Assembly (NCBI GenBank): GCA_964187785.1
Contig: OZ076409.1
Span: forward strand, 47,246,001-47,310,000
Direction: 5' to 3'
DNA: 64,000 bases
DNA from: Amphiscolops sp. MND2022
Lineage: Eukaryota
The notes beneath the pieces were generated by a model. It had not been told where the DNA came from and ran no database searches. It saw only the letters and a program-made list of their open reading frames with translations. Below, one piece after another: positions 52,493 to 63,545 of the stretch; within the stretch, counting starts at the first letter, position 1; each line of letters begins with the position of its first letter. The position numbers were made by a program, and so were the translations under genes.

Positions 52493-52741
52493 CTAAACAT
52501 TTTGCGAAGCCGTATTCAGCTTATTTTTAGGAAAACTTTTTGCATGATCATATATAATTTGCTTAAAGTCCTCTTTAACTGAATCACTAATTAGTGGTTG
52601 TTGCATACGCTCAACGTAGTTGTCTATTCTGGATTCATTCACTTTTATTTTGTTTTGTTTACAATAAGATACATAATAAAAAGCTATGTTGTATGGTGTT
52701 ACTTCAATTGTCTGGTCAGACATCTCCTCTAAAAGTATCAA
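52493..52741 (-). CDS. Hypothetical; possibly the frameshifted tail of the second ATPase
   Basis: Lies directly downstream of, and co-oriented with, the continuation of ORF 52984-53718. Confidence 0.4.
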   Translation of the reverse strand: MILLEEMSDQTIEVTPYNIAFYYVSYCKQNKIKVNESRIDNYVERMQQPLISDSVKEDFKQIIYDHAKSFPKNKLNTASQNV

Positions 52742-52983
52742 AGTATCTTCAATCTGTTGTATTCATCACCAGTGAAAACATAACTTTCATAAGCAACGCA
52801 GTCCTCTGGACTCCACTTATTCTGTTTGCTAGAATCATAAATTATATTGTAGTTGTTGATTAGTATTTTGTACTTTTGACTCCTAGTGTCAAATTCAATA
52901 ATACCAAATTCTAATTGATCGCGGAAATATTTCCACCTAAGAAGGAAACCAGGATGTTTAATTGAATAGGTTTGTTTTATGGT

Positions 52984-53718
52984 TTAAAAAAAGTTATCTG
53001 GGTTATTAATTGTTAAGTATATTTCGAAACAATTCTCTCTTACAACTGGGAGAACATCCTTTGCATAGTGAGCGAGATAAATTACTTGAATCTTGTGTTG
53101 TCTACCATATCTAAATAAGTCTTCTACTTTTGTTTTCAGGTTTTTATAGGCACCTGCATCATCCAGTATAACAATTTTATTAACAAGTTGTTCAATACTA
53201 ATAGTCTCCAACTGCAGTAGTGGTACAAAATTTTGAGAGGGAAACTCACGTTCATCTTGTCCAAATACTACGTAAGTTCGTGGAGTGGCGTTAGCTGTCG
53301 CGTTAGCTGTCGCGTTAGCTGTCGCATGTGCTAAATAATGCTTCAGGAAGGATGTCTTCCCAGAGTCACTACTGCCATAGATTATAAAATGTGAGTTATT
53401 GTTATGCGAAGCTACGCGAGAATCTTTGATAACTCCCAGTCCATCTTCGCGCTTGGCTTCAATTTCCTGGTTTGTCAGATGAGAGTATTTAAACCCTTCA
53501 AATTGTAGCAGTTTTTTATAAATTGTTTTATACTGTCTAGGGCGAATATAAGTCCAATATATTGCAACAACAATACATATAAATAAAATTAAACATACAA
53601 TAAACATCGGATTTGTGATTACTTTATAGATTCGTGTTTTCTGAAACCAATTGGCTTCGCGCCAGCTATGCACAGCTTCACCGCCTTGATCATTATTCAA
53701 GCTATAATCATTATTCAT
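52984..53718 (-). CDS. Second A32/FtsK-like ATPase with an N-terminal transmembrane helix (3' frameshifted)
   Basis: FIVCLILFICIVVAIYW; Walker A IIYGSSDSGKT, Walker B VILDD, RYGRQ, YLAHY, VREN. Confidence 0.8.
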   Translation of the reverse strand: MNNDYSLNNDQGGEAVHSWREANWFQKTRIYKVITNPMFIVCLILFICIVVAIYWTYIRPRQYKTIYKKLLQFEGFKYSHLTNQEIEAKREDGLGVIKDSRVASHNNNSHFIIYGSSDSGKTSFLKHYLAHATANATANATANATPRTYVVFGQDEREFPSQNFVPLLQLETISIEQLVNKIVILDDAGAYKNLKTKVEDLFRYGRQHKIQVIYLAHYAKDVLPVVRENCFEIYLTINNPDNFF

Positions 53719-53741
53719 TTATATAGAAAAAATTGTTATAA

Positions 53742-54608
53742 TTGAACCTAAAACATCAAATCACTGAAGAAATATTCTCTCCTGTAATCAAGAAGTTTCA
53801 AAGAATTCAAATACAAACTCACTATAAAGATGAGTGCTGGAGTATCGATTTGATTGATCGCTCAAGTTTAAGCAAATACAACAAAAACTTTAAGTTCATT
53901 TTCACAATAAGTGACAATCATACTAAATATGCATGGGCGATTCCCCTCAAAGATAAATCAGGAAAAAGTACCACAACTGCATTCAAGATTTTATTGGAAA
54001 CTAGTAAAAGAAAACCGCACAAAATTTGGAGTGATAGAGGTAAAGAGTTTTACAACCAGACATTTTTACACTACTTAAACGAGCAAAACATTCAAATATA
54101 TTCAACTAATTCAGATATAAAAGCAGTTTTTGTTGAACGTTTCAATAGAACACTACTGGACTTAATCAAAGAACCAATGTACATTGAGGGTAAAGGTAAC
54201 TGGTTGAATCACCTTGATGCTGCATTACAAAAGTATAATAATCGTGTCCATGGTACAACAAAAATGACACCATTTGATATGAGTTTTAACAATCTAATAC
54301 CACGAAGCTACGCCAATCCGATACCTAATGATAGTAAAAAAATACCTAAATTCCAAGTGGGAGATTTTGTAAGAGTTCCTGACAAACGCAGTGTGTATAG
54401 TAAAGGTTATACAACAAAATGGAATAGAGATCTTTTCAAACTACACAGCATCAACAAAACAAACTCAGTAACATACACTCTAAATGATGAAAACGGAGAA
54501 ATTATTCAAGGAAAACACTATGAACAAGAACTCTTAGGAAGTAAATTCAACTTTGACTCCAACAACAAAACGTTAGAAAGTATGAAAATTTTCCACAAAA
54601 TAGAGTAG
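53742..54608 (+). CDS. Retroviral-like (rve) integrase
   Basis: DDE motifs WSIDLID, WSDRGKEF and VERFNRTL; C-terminal FQVGDFVRV..KGY..W; no chromodomain visible. Confidence 0.95.
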   Translation: MNLKHQITEEIFSPVIKKFQRIQIQTHYKDECWSIDLIDRSSLSKYNKNFKFIFTISDNHTKYAWAIPLKDKSGKSTTTAFKILLETSKRKPHKIWSDRGKEFYNQTFLHYLNEQNIQIYSTNSDIKAVFVERFNRTLLDLIKEPMYIEGKGNWLNHLDAALQKYNNRVHGTTKMTPFDMSFNNLIPRSYANPIPNDSKKIPKFQVGDFVRVPDKRSVYSKGYTTKWNRDLFKLHSINKTNSVTYTLNDENGEIIQGKHYEQELLGSKFNFDSNNKTLESMKIFHKIE

Positions 54609-54644
54609 TGTTCCACGTAGTTTCACAATAATTTTCTATTAAAA

Positions 54645-55886
54645 ATGAATTTCAATGATTCAATGCTTTCTTTGAAAAGTAAATACACACTCGAAAAACC
54701 TATTAATAAAATTGATTTTATTAAATACTCGCCTAGTAGTTTTGCGACAGTCAATAACGCCAACTCGAATATAAGTATCAGTTTACCAAGAGGAGATGCT
54801 TATGTTTGTTTACAAAATAGTTTCATAAGTCTAGAATTTGAAGTACCTTAAAACAATAATACAAGGTACAATGATGGTGATGAAATAAGTTTAGTCAACT
54901 TTCGGCCTGTTGCTTTATTTAGTGAAGCTAAGCTGACAACATCATCAGGCAAACACCTGGAAAAAATTGATAATTTGCACCCCATCTCTTTATTGATTAA
55001 ACTTCTAACTAGCAGTCAACAAACTTCTCAATTGATGTATGGGTTTGAAGAAAGTACTACTATCAGAAGACAAGAACTAACAAACAATAAAACAGAGAAA
55101 ACAACCTTTTTTGTGAGAATAAAACTAAAAGACTTGTTTGGATTTGCTGATCAAGAAAAAATAACTTATGGGTTGGGCTACACTCTTACGTTAAAACGGA
55201 ACACTAGCAATGATATGATTTTAAGAGGTGCTGGAGTGGATGCTGCAAAAGTAGTTGTAAAAGACATTTCATGGTATATTCCACACTATGTACCAAACTT
55301 AGAAAACCAACAACTTGTCATGGATCAGCTACTGAATAAAGACCCAACTGAGTTGTTTTACACGGAACGAATTATTTTTAGAAAAGTTGTTAACACCAAT
55401 AATAACTGGACATTTGAATTAGGCACTTCAGGAATATCGACACCAACTTTTGTGATTGTTGGATTTCAAGCCAGAAATAAAATTGATTCACAAACACACA
55501 ATAATGCACTATTTGATAAACTCCCAATTAGTAATGCTGTCTGTAAAATAGGATCAGAAAAATATCCCGATGATGGAATAAAATGTGACTTCGACCGCGA
55601 TAAATATGATCAAGCATACAGTGAAATTGAAAACTTTTATACTTTGCATTCTGATTGCATTCTACTCAATCCGTTTTTTGATTTGCATAAATTCAGAACA
55701 AATTATAATTTTTATGTATTTGACCTAAGCAAACAAAAAGACCAAATAGCTTCTCAACCAATCAGATTAGAATTTAATTTTAATGCTGCCATTGATGTAG
55801 CAGACTACATAGCATATGCATTAGTTCTAACCCCAAAACTAATAAGTATTAGTAGTGATGGACAAAGGCATTTTGACCTGATTTAA
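54645..55886 (+). pseudogene. Major capsid protein (double jelly-roll), interrupted near 54849
   Basis: MCP-like motifs IKLKDLFGF, ISWYIPHY.P, PTFVIVGFQ and FYVFDLSKQ; total size about 410 codons. Confidence 0.85.
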
Positions 55887-56054
55887 CATGATTTGATATG
55901 AGAAGAATGCTGGAGGAATGATAATGCCAATATTATAATAAATGATGATAATAATGTTATGATAATAAAAATGATAAATCATATTGCTAATAGTGTAATA
56001 AATGATAATAATAATAATTATAAAATATGTGTGTGTCAGTTATTACGCCAGTTA

Positions 56055-59000
56055 TCACAAAAAATGGGCCCGATCACATATCAGATTTAAAAGGTCTTGA
56101 TGATTCAATTTTTCTTTCAGAGTCCAAATATTATAGTATATTTCCTCATCCCGAATTGGCTTGCCATCCGTTTCACTAGTGCTCAATTCTTTATAATACA
56201 AACCCACTATTTTCAAACAATATATACAAGGACAATCACCTTGCTGGGTGTGTTTGTCCCATGGTAAACTTTGTATTGGATTTAAGTACAGTCTTTTGTC
56301 ATCAAAAGGATTCAAAGCTAGTTTATCTTGTTTCTGAAAAGTTAAATTGTGCGCATTCGAACGGATAGAATAATTAGTTGCAGTTGTTGAAACTGAGTTA
56401 AACAAACAATCCGTGTAGTCATTTAATTTTGGGGCTTTTGTATTCCTTTTTGTTTGGATTTTTGGATATTATTATAACTAAAAGAATATGATTTAGATCT
56501 CAAAGCTACGAAGTTGTCTAATTCAATAATTGGTGATGTTTCTATTTTCATTTTACCTATAACTTTCTTGTTAATAGTATCATACAACTCTTGACTGGGA
56601 TCTAATTCACTGAAATCAAAATCATTTTTAAAATATTCCAAGTCTTTTATAAGGTCTCCAGTTTTAATACTTAGAATGAATGAGTTTGTATCCATGTAAT
56701 GCAGTTTAATTTTATTGTTATAATATGGTTGTAATTTGTGATATTAAAACTCATACATTAACAATTTACTCAGTTCTAAAACAGAGAATCCCAAGTAAAT
56801 TGGTTTATCAAAGACTGTCTTTTCTTTATCAAACTTGTAAACACTGAATTCGGAGAAATGATTTACAATACCTTTAAAGCTTAACTTAGATTGTCTTTTT
56901 TTATTTGCTCAATATTGGTGTGGGGGATAAACTCTAAATTAGTCCGGTCTCTAACATTTTCCATAGTCTTACCAAAGAAAGCATTATTCATTAATTTGTA
57001 CAAACCTTTTTTAAAGTCTGTTTTTGCTAATGTGCGTTGTTGGGTGTTATAATCAATGTATTGTGCTAACCATGGACTTTGCTTGAAGCGGTAAACACAG
57101 TGAATCTTTGTTACTTTCATCCACAAATTCGTGTAAAACTTGAACATCCTGTAGTGCATCATACAATTATATTTGTTTGTTAGGTCACACACAAGCTTTT
57201 GGGTTGGTTTATAATTGGGCTGTTTTACACTATTCATATAATCTGAGAATAAATTTGAATCCGCTTTTGTTTGATATGGACATAGTGGAAAGTTTTCGGT
57301 TTTTTCTTTAATTTCTGCTGGATATTCAAAATCACATTCTATGAAGAATCCATGTGGGTTGTTGTCTGGAATAAATCTCAAATCTTCTACTATTTGTTCT
57401 AGTATATACTCTTCAGGAAAATATAGCTTTTCGAATTCTCCAGTAGGAAGGTATTGACTCATTGCCCATCCATACAAGTTATTTGCATCAATGTACAAAT
57501 GTTTAGTGTTTTCATCAGATTCAATATAACGAGGTCCCATTACACTTGAAATTCCTCCACAGATATTATTTTCAAGTAGTAGTAGTAGGTCTTCATCTTT
57601 TATGAAATCTAATTTAATATCAGTAAGTTTTAAACCAGCTTTCCATGTATAACCAGGTAGAGAGTAGGAGTACAAAGGATTGATGCCATACATAAGGGTG
57701 CTTGTTTCAACAAAGTTTTCGAACACGTCAGTGATTGTAGAACATCCATTTTTAAGTATAACATAGTAAGTTGTAGAGGTGTTGTAATGTTGTATTTGTC
57801 AATCAAATGTTGGGTTCTTTTGATATCATCATCACACGGGTAAGATTGTTGTAATGTTGACCAAAAGTCTTCTTTTGTTAGATTCAATGGTTCTTGGAAA
57901 TTATTAGGATTGAATTTCTCGTATGGATAGGCTAACTTCTTCTTAAACAAATCATCAATTAAACCCTCACTATTCATATACTTGAGAGTATCTAGCGATG
58001 CTATAAGTTTTTGTAGACTACTACTCAAAAATCTGTATGAGTCTAAAAACCTTAAACAGCCTACTTGAACTGATACATAGTTTTCTATTGACTTTGTTAT
58101 AATATTTATTGGCAACTTTAGATTATAAGCTGATGTTAAGAGTCCTTCAAAAATTAAATGACAATCATAACCACTGAAATTATGGAAAAATATAGGAACA
58201 AACGAACTTGACTTTTTTTTACAATTTAAATTACACTTTTTGTGGGCTGCTCCTCGGTACTTGCCTGTAAGATGATCGTGATCTCGAACTGTATCCTCAC
58301 CGAGTGGATTTTCACAAAGCCAGCATATGGTAAACTGTTGAAATGATTCTTGCGGAGCTACGCCTTCTTCTTCTTCGGGGGTCATTTCAAGAGGAATATT
58401 AGTTTCGAAATATTCCAATGCCAATTCTTCTAAAGTCAACATTTCATTTACAAACCATGTTACACAATCTACTCCAAAGTATGAGCTGAAATTATTGCCA
58501 AATGGTGAAATTAGATAAAAGCCTACTGGAATTGGAATTTGTTTAAATAATACTTTGGGCGCGATAGCTACCGCAGCTTCGCGGTCATCTGTTGGTTGAA
58601 TAATACATTCGAAATCTGCATATACTCTTATTGGTACGGGAACTTTCATATGATAATCTTCGAACTTTAAGTGATCCTTCCAACTGAATGTGATATTAGT
58701 TGGTTGTTGTTTTTGACAACGGTCAATGTGTTGATTGAGAATATCCTCAGAACTGAATGCAGTTAGACATCTTCTACACACCCATTTCATGTGTGAACTT
58801 TTATTTATTAGACAATGCAACTTTGTTAATAGGCAATAATGATTTTCAAATAACAGCAAGTCTATTTGTGGTTGATCATAATTCACGTTCGTGTGAATTG
58901 GTGTTAAAACTGTTTTTGTGAGTTCAAAAACATTTACGTTTAAATAATTTAGGTTTTCGAACTTCGGAATGTCTTTAACTTTCATGGGGAATTCTAAACC

Positions 59001-59861
59001 ATTTAAAATGAGTTTGTTTGTGTGCATTGAATAACTTGATGTTCTATTTTTATGATCCTCAACGGGAAAAAAGTGTGCTAGGATGCACCATAAAAAACAA
59101 AATTGATCATCATTTTTTATATTTATAATTGATTTATTATTCTTGTATTTTTCTGGCAACTCAACCCACGAAGAGGCTTGAATATCATTGATTTTGTATA
59201 TTTCTAATAAAACTTCTTTTATTTCTTGAAACACAAAACCTGATCCTTCTAATTGTTCATCATCTAATTTCTGCATTAATGTGTTGTGCAAAGCTGCGCG
59301 AATTGAATCTTGTGTGTGATTGTAATTAAAATCTGACTTAACCCATTTGTGAAATACAACTTCTTCTGCGAAGCCCTGCACAATAACTATTTTTGAAAAC
59401 TTAGCTAAATAACTCAATTGATATTTATATCGGGGAAAGTAATTTTTATTCAGTAAATCATTAATCTGTTCTTCAAGATGATTTGTTGGATTTACTCTCA
59501 GTTTAATGTATGTTTTTTCGTTCACAATTACTTCTACTCCAGACTGCATACTGAAGGCGAGAGCTGGTGCGAAAGCTGGTGCATTTCATGTAGCTTGACT
59601 TCTTAGCGTGTGGATTTCACTTTGGAAATGTCTTGTTTTATCATTAATGTATTTACCACAATCTTCACATCAAACTTGTTGTTTAGTTTTGTTCTTGTGT
59701 TGGTCAGAATTTAAATGATTTGACTTCTCTGATAGGGGCATAAATTTACTACAATTTTTACAATAATATTGATTTAATTTTTCTAAATGTTTTACTGATT
59801 TCAGATGATCAGACTTGAAAGCTTTTTCATAATCAGAATTACAGATAATACAGTTCTCCAT
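56055..59861 (-). pseudogene. Protein-primed family B DNA polymerase with N-terminal Zn finger and an endonuclease VII-like insert, fragmented
   Basis: Exonuclease motifs YADFE and FHNFSGYD; CWLC..DHDH.TGKYRG..H..CN; polymerase motifs YIDANNLYGWAM, KLMNNAFFGK and YMDTNS; several frameshifts. Confidence 0.95.
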
Positions 59862-60005
59862 TTATTTATAATAAATTTACGAATTTAATAGCAGTATATT
59901 TTTCAATAGTATGTTTTTCAATTAATGAGTAGTAATTTTTTATTTTACTTTTTATGTTAAAAATAGTGTATTTTCAATTATTGGTGTTAATTTTTGTTTT
60001 ATTTT

Positions 60006-60665
60006 TTATGTTAAAATTGAATAAATTAATAATAAATTATTGTGTGGTTTAAGTGGTATTGTTGGTGGTGTGTGGGAAGTTGCGGTAGCTGTCGCGCGTG
60101 AAGCTACGTGTGATTTTGTATGTGATGTTGTGTGTGAAGCTGCGCGCGAAGCTACCTGATATTTTTCAAATTGAGTCACAAATCGGTGATATTCTTTTTC
60201 ATCTATGTACTTATCTAGTGGTAAATAATTGTCTAAAGTCGCAAGTGTCTTCTGAATAATAGTGTACTCAAGTTTATAATTTTGCTCCTTTTTCTTCAAA
60301 TAACTGGAACAAATTTTAACAAGAATACCAGTTACACAACCAACTCCTGCAGTGATTGGAACAACTATAATGCCCACACCAGTGATACTTAGTGTAACGG
60401 ATGCTGAAGTTGTTCCTGTTCTTATGAGACAATCTGTTGAGTTAATCATGTTATTTATTAGCTTGTATTTGGTGTATTTCTTCTTATATTTATTTTCTTC
60501 CAATTCATAATATTTCATCATTAGACTAATGTTTTGAATAGAATTATTGAAACTATTTACTATTTGTAATTCGCTTTGCAATCGCTTATCTATCTTTGAT
60601 TCTACATCATATGGTGCAGAGGGGCTCATTAGTGAAGCCGTTGGAGGATAGAGTTTTTGTTCCAT
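60006..60665 (-). CDS. Coiled-coil protein with a hydrophobic helical hairpin
   Basis: SASVTLSITGVGIIVVPITAGVGCVTGILV flanked by Lys-rich helices; N-terminal LYPPTASL and PSAP. Confidence 0.65.
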   Translation of the reverse strand: MEQKLYPPTASLMSPSAPYDVESKIDKRLQSELQIVNSFNNSIQNISLMMKYYELEENKYKKKYTKYKLINNMINSTDCLIRTGTTSASVTLSITGVGIIVVPITAGVGCVTGILVKICSSYLKKKEQNYKLEYTIIQKTLATLDNYLPLDKYIDEKEYHRFVTQFEKYQVASRAASHTTSHTKSHVASRATATATSHTPPTIPLKPHNNLLLIYSILT

Positions 60666-60721
60666 TTATTAATCATATAAAATGAAATTTACTTCCGTTG
60701 GTGTTAATTTCATTCTGTGTT

Positions 60722-61469
60722 TCATATCAACAAGGTCTTTATAGGAATTTTTTTCAATGACTCCAGAATTGATTGTCTGGTAGAATATTCTAAATCAGAC
60801 AGATAATATTCACCATCTGAAGTAGGTATTGTTTTTCCATACTTTTCCAATAAGTATGTTTCACTGAAAGTTAGATAATTTGCAAAAGCTTGATCTTTAT
60901 TGGGAAAAGAATCAAACAAACCTTTGTTATAAAACAGTTGAATTATTTTGTTAGTTATAGTAATTTTATTGTGATCTAGGCTATTAAGAATATTATTTAT
61001 TTCATTTTCATTTAAAATCATTCCAGCTTGACCCACTGAACTCAGAAACTTTAGGTTACGGACTGTTAACTTTTCAAAACTATTGTTGTGTATTAAATTT
61101 AGTACTTCATTTACTAAAGCAGTTCTTTGATCGGTGAAAGATTTTTTCATATTTTGTTCTAAATTATTTATGGTTTTTGAAAGGTCTGAAAACTGGGAAA
61201 CTAATATCATTGAATAACTTTGTGTTTAATAAAACATCTTGAATTTCCTGTGGGTCTAGCATTTGTTCCAGCATTTTTTCTTCTATTAATTTCTCTTGAT
61301 TTTCTAGGTCATTTTCAAAATCACGTTGCAAATCTTCTTTTAATTTGGAATGGGTTATTTGGACTTTTTTTTCTTGACTTTGTATCATATCTTTTAGCTC
61401 CTGATATTCCCTCAGTTTTAGCTGGTCACTAGAATAACCAAACTTATGAAGAGACGGAGTTTCATACAT
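60722..61469 (-). pseudogene. Hypothetical coiled-coil protein split by a frameshift
   Basis: Overlapping ORFs 61164-61469 and 60722-61210; TAAATG start next to the TIR. Confidence 0.55.
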
Positions 61470-61487
61470 TTATTAAGATGAAAAAGT

Positions 61488-62017
61488 TGAAAAATGCAAA
61501 ACCCATAGGCATGCCCGCAGCTTCGCGCATTGACATGCCTATGGTAAACTCAAAGCCCATCGGGAGTCGTTCCACTAAGAGTTTCCACAGCAGGGATTAT
61601 CCTTTTTAAGAACTGTGCCATTGGTGATTATTCTCCCATAGCATTTAAGTTATAACAAAGACTGGGGGACGTTGGATAGAAGTGAACCCCAAACACTCCG
61701 GTCGAAGCCCTAACTTTAGTCAATGCTATAACCACTAAGCTATAGGAGACGAATCAATGTTAGTTTTACTTGTATAAATACCGGATTGCTTCTACAATCT
61801 TGCATTCACATTGCATTGCTTTTACATTGCATTAGAATCGGTATGGTAAAAACGTTGATTTTGATGATTTATTTTTGAAAAATACATGTTTGTTACTTCA
61901 TGGTAAAAACCCTAATTTTAATGATATATTTTGTGAAAATGCCTTTAAAAGGGGGGATTTTGTGAACTTTGATTTTTTGAATTTTTGTTGGCCAATAACG
62001 GCATTTCCCCTACTACT
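61488..62017 (-). repeat. Polinton right TIR (about 530 bp)
   Basis: Reverse complement of the left TIR. Confidence 0.95.
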
Positions 62018-62438
62018 TAATGCGAATGACACCTTTACACGTTAAAGCTTAGTTCAAACCTCTAATAATTACAAGATAATCTCGATGCTACTATTGTCAA
62101 CGAAGATAGATTTTTTTAAAAGCTTGAAGGAGCTCTCAATTTTAAAAACTGTTTCGCATTAACAGAATTTTTTGAAAATGTTGATTTTGTTCCATTGCAA
62201 GTGAACTTCGCCTATTTAATTTCATGCAAGAAACGATTAGATAAACAAACATGCGTGAATTTTTGACCTCCAGAAATTTTTATAAAAGAGCCTGCCTATT
62301 TTAGTTAGAGATTAATAAGATAGAATTTTCAATACTTTATAATGTTTAGGTAATTATTTTTAAAAATAAAATTCAAACTTACATTGACACGAATATTTTT
62401 ATAAGAAAATACAAGCTGAGTTTGATTTCATTGTTCAG

Positions 62439-62512
62439 ATGATTACACCGAAACGAAACTCTCCGGACAAGTTTATCAAGCCGACAAGAACTTGAAAAAA
62501 CTAAATGGACAG
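62439..62512 (+). CDS. SGPL1: SGPL1-like coding exon 4
   Basis: ttgttcag|AT...CAG|gttaac; encodes DDYTETKLSGQVYQADKNLKKLNGQ, compare human WQEGRASGTVYSGEEKL; phase matches exon 3. Confidence 0.75.
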
Positions 62513-62999
62513 GTTAACACTTTCTCATTGCTCTTCATTTGGTGATACTATTCTAATGGTAATCCAACCATCATGTTGAGACCTATTTGAACTAATAACA
62601 AGCCCAAGTCGGCGCCCCGCTCAAAGTTCAAAAAGGAACAAAGTGTTTAAAATATTTGGGGACCAACTATTGAAACTTTTTAATTATTACACAGTGCTAA
62701 AAATACCCAAAGGATTACCTCGAAACTAGCTTTTTCTGATCTGAAAACAATAGAAAAACGTATACATAACAAAACATATGCCCGAAAAACTCAGAAGGAG
62801 ACAACTTTTTTGAAATCTGCAAAGGGATTCTATTGTCAAAATTCAATCACATTTACTGAGCCAAAAAAACCCAAAGGAACACCCATAAGACTCAAAAACT
62901 GTTTTTTAGCCGGCGCTTTTCGTATAAAACGCAAACTATAGCTCTGGCTTTTTTAAAGATCAACGAGATGACAGGTTTTATGAGCTTTATAAGATTTTT

Positions 63000-63270
63000 G
63001 ATCGGATATAAAGTTTTCAAAGTTCGCATATAGCGTTTTCAAAGTTCGCATATAGCGTTTTCAAAGTTCGGATGTAACGTTTTCAAAGATCGGATATAAC
63101 GATTTCAAAGTTTGGATATAACGTTTTCACAGTTCGGATATAACGTTTTGAAGTTCGGATATAACGTTTTAAAAGTTCGGATACAGCATTTTCAAAGCTC
63201 GGATGTAACGTTTTCAAAGTTCGGATATAAAGTTTTCAATGTTTTGGTATAGCGTTTTCAGAGTTCAGAT
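63000..63270. repeat. Minisatellite of about 22-23 bp (GTTTTCAAAGTTCGGATATAAC)
   Basis: About a dozen degenerate tandem copies. Confidence 0.85.
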
Positions 63271-63545
63271 GTAATTTCGGCTTTGTGAAATTTTTTCGAT
63301 TTTTTTTCGATACACCTGAAGTGACCAAAATAGTTCTACCAAAGTTCCACGGAATTTTAAATTGTACCCGTTTGCCCAGGGAACTGAACCAAAGAAGTTT
63401 TCTTTTTTTCCTGCGTAACATACAATACCGGGCGAGACTAAAGGGTTCCCCTTCCAGTTTTTTCGGCATAGTGCGACTTTTTTTCGACAAAAAAAATTCC
63501 TCGAAGAACCCCTTCAATTTTTTTGGATTTTTGCGGCAGAAAGGA

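Larger units (their letters stand above)
47019..62017. mobile_element. Complete Polinton/Maverick (adintovirus-like) endogenous virus, 14,999 bp
   Basis: AGTAGTAGGGG...CCCCTACTACT termini; TSD TAATGC at 47013-47018 and 62018-62023; long TIRs; protease, capsid, ATPase, integrase and pPolB genes. Confidence 0.98.

Noticed and set aside
63000..63270. Second CRISPR-like periodic array
   Set aside because: Degenerate head-to-tail tandem repeat without spacers.
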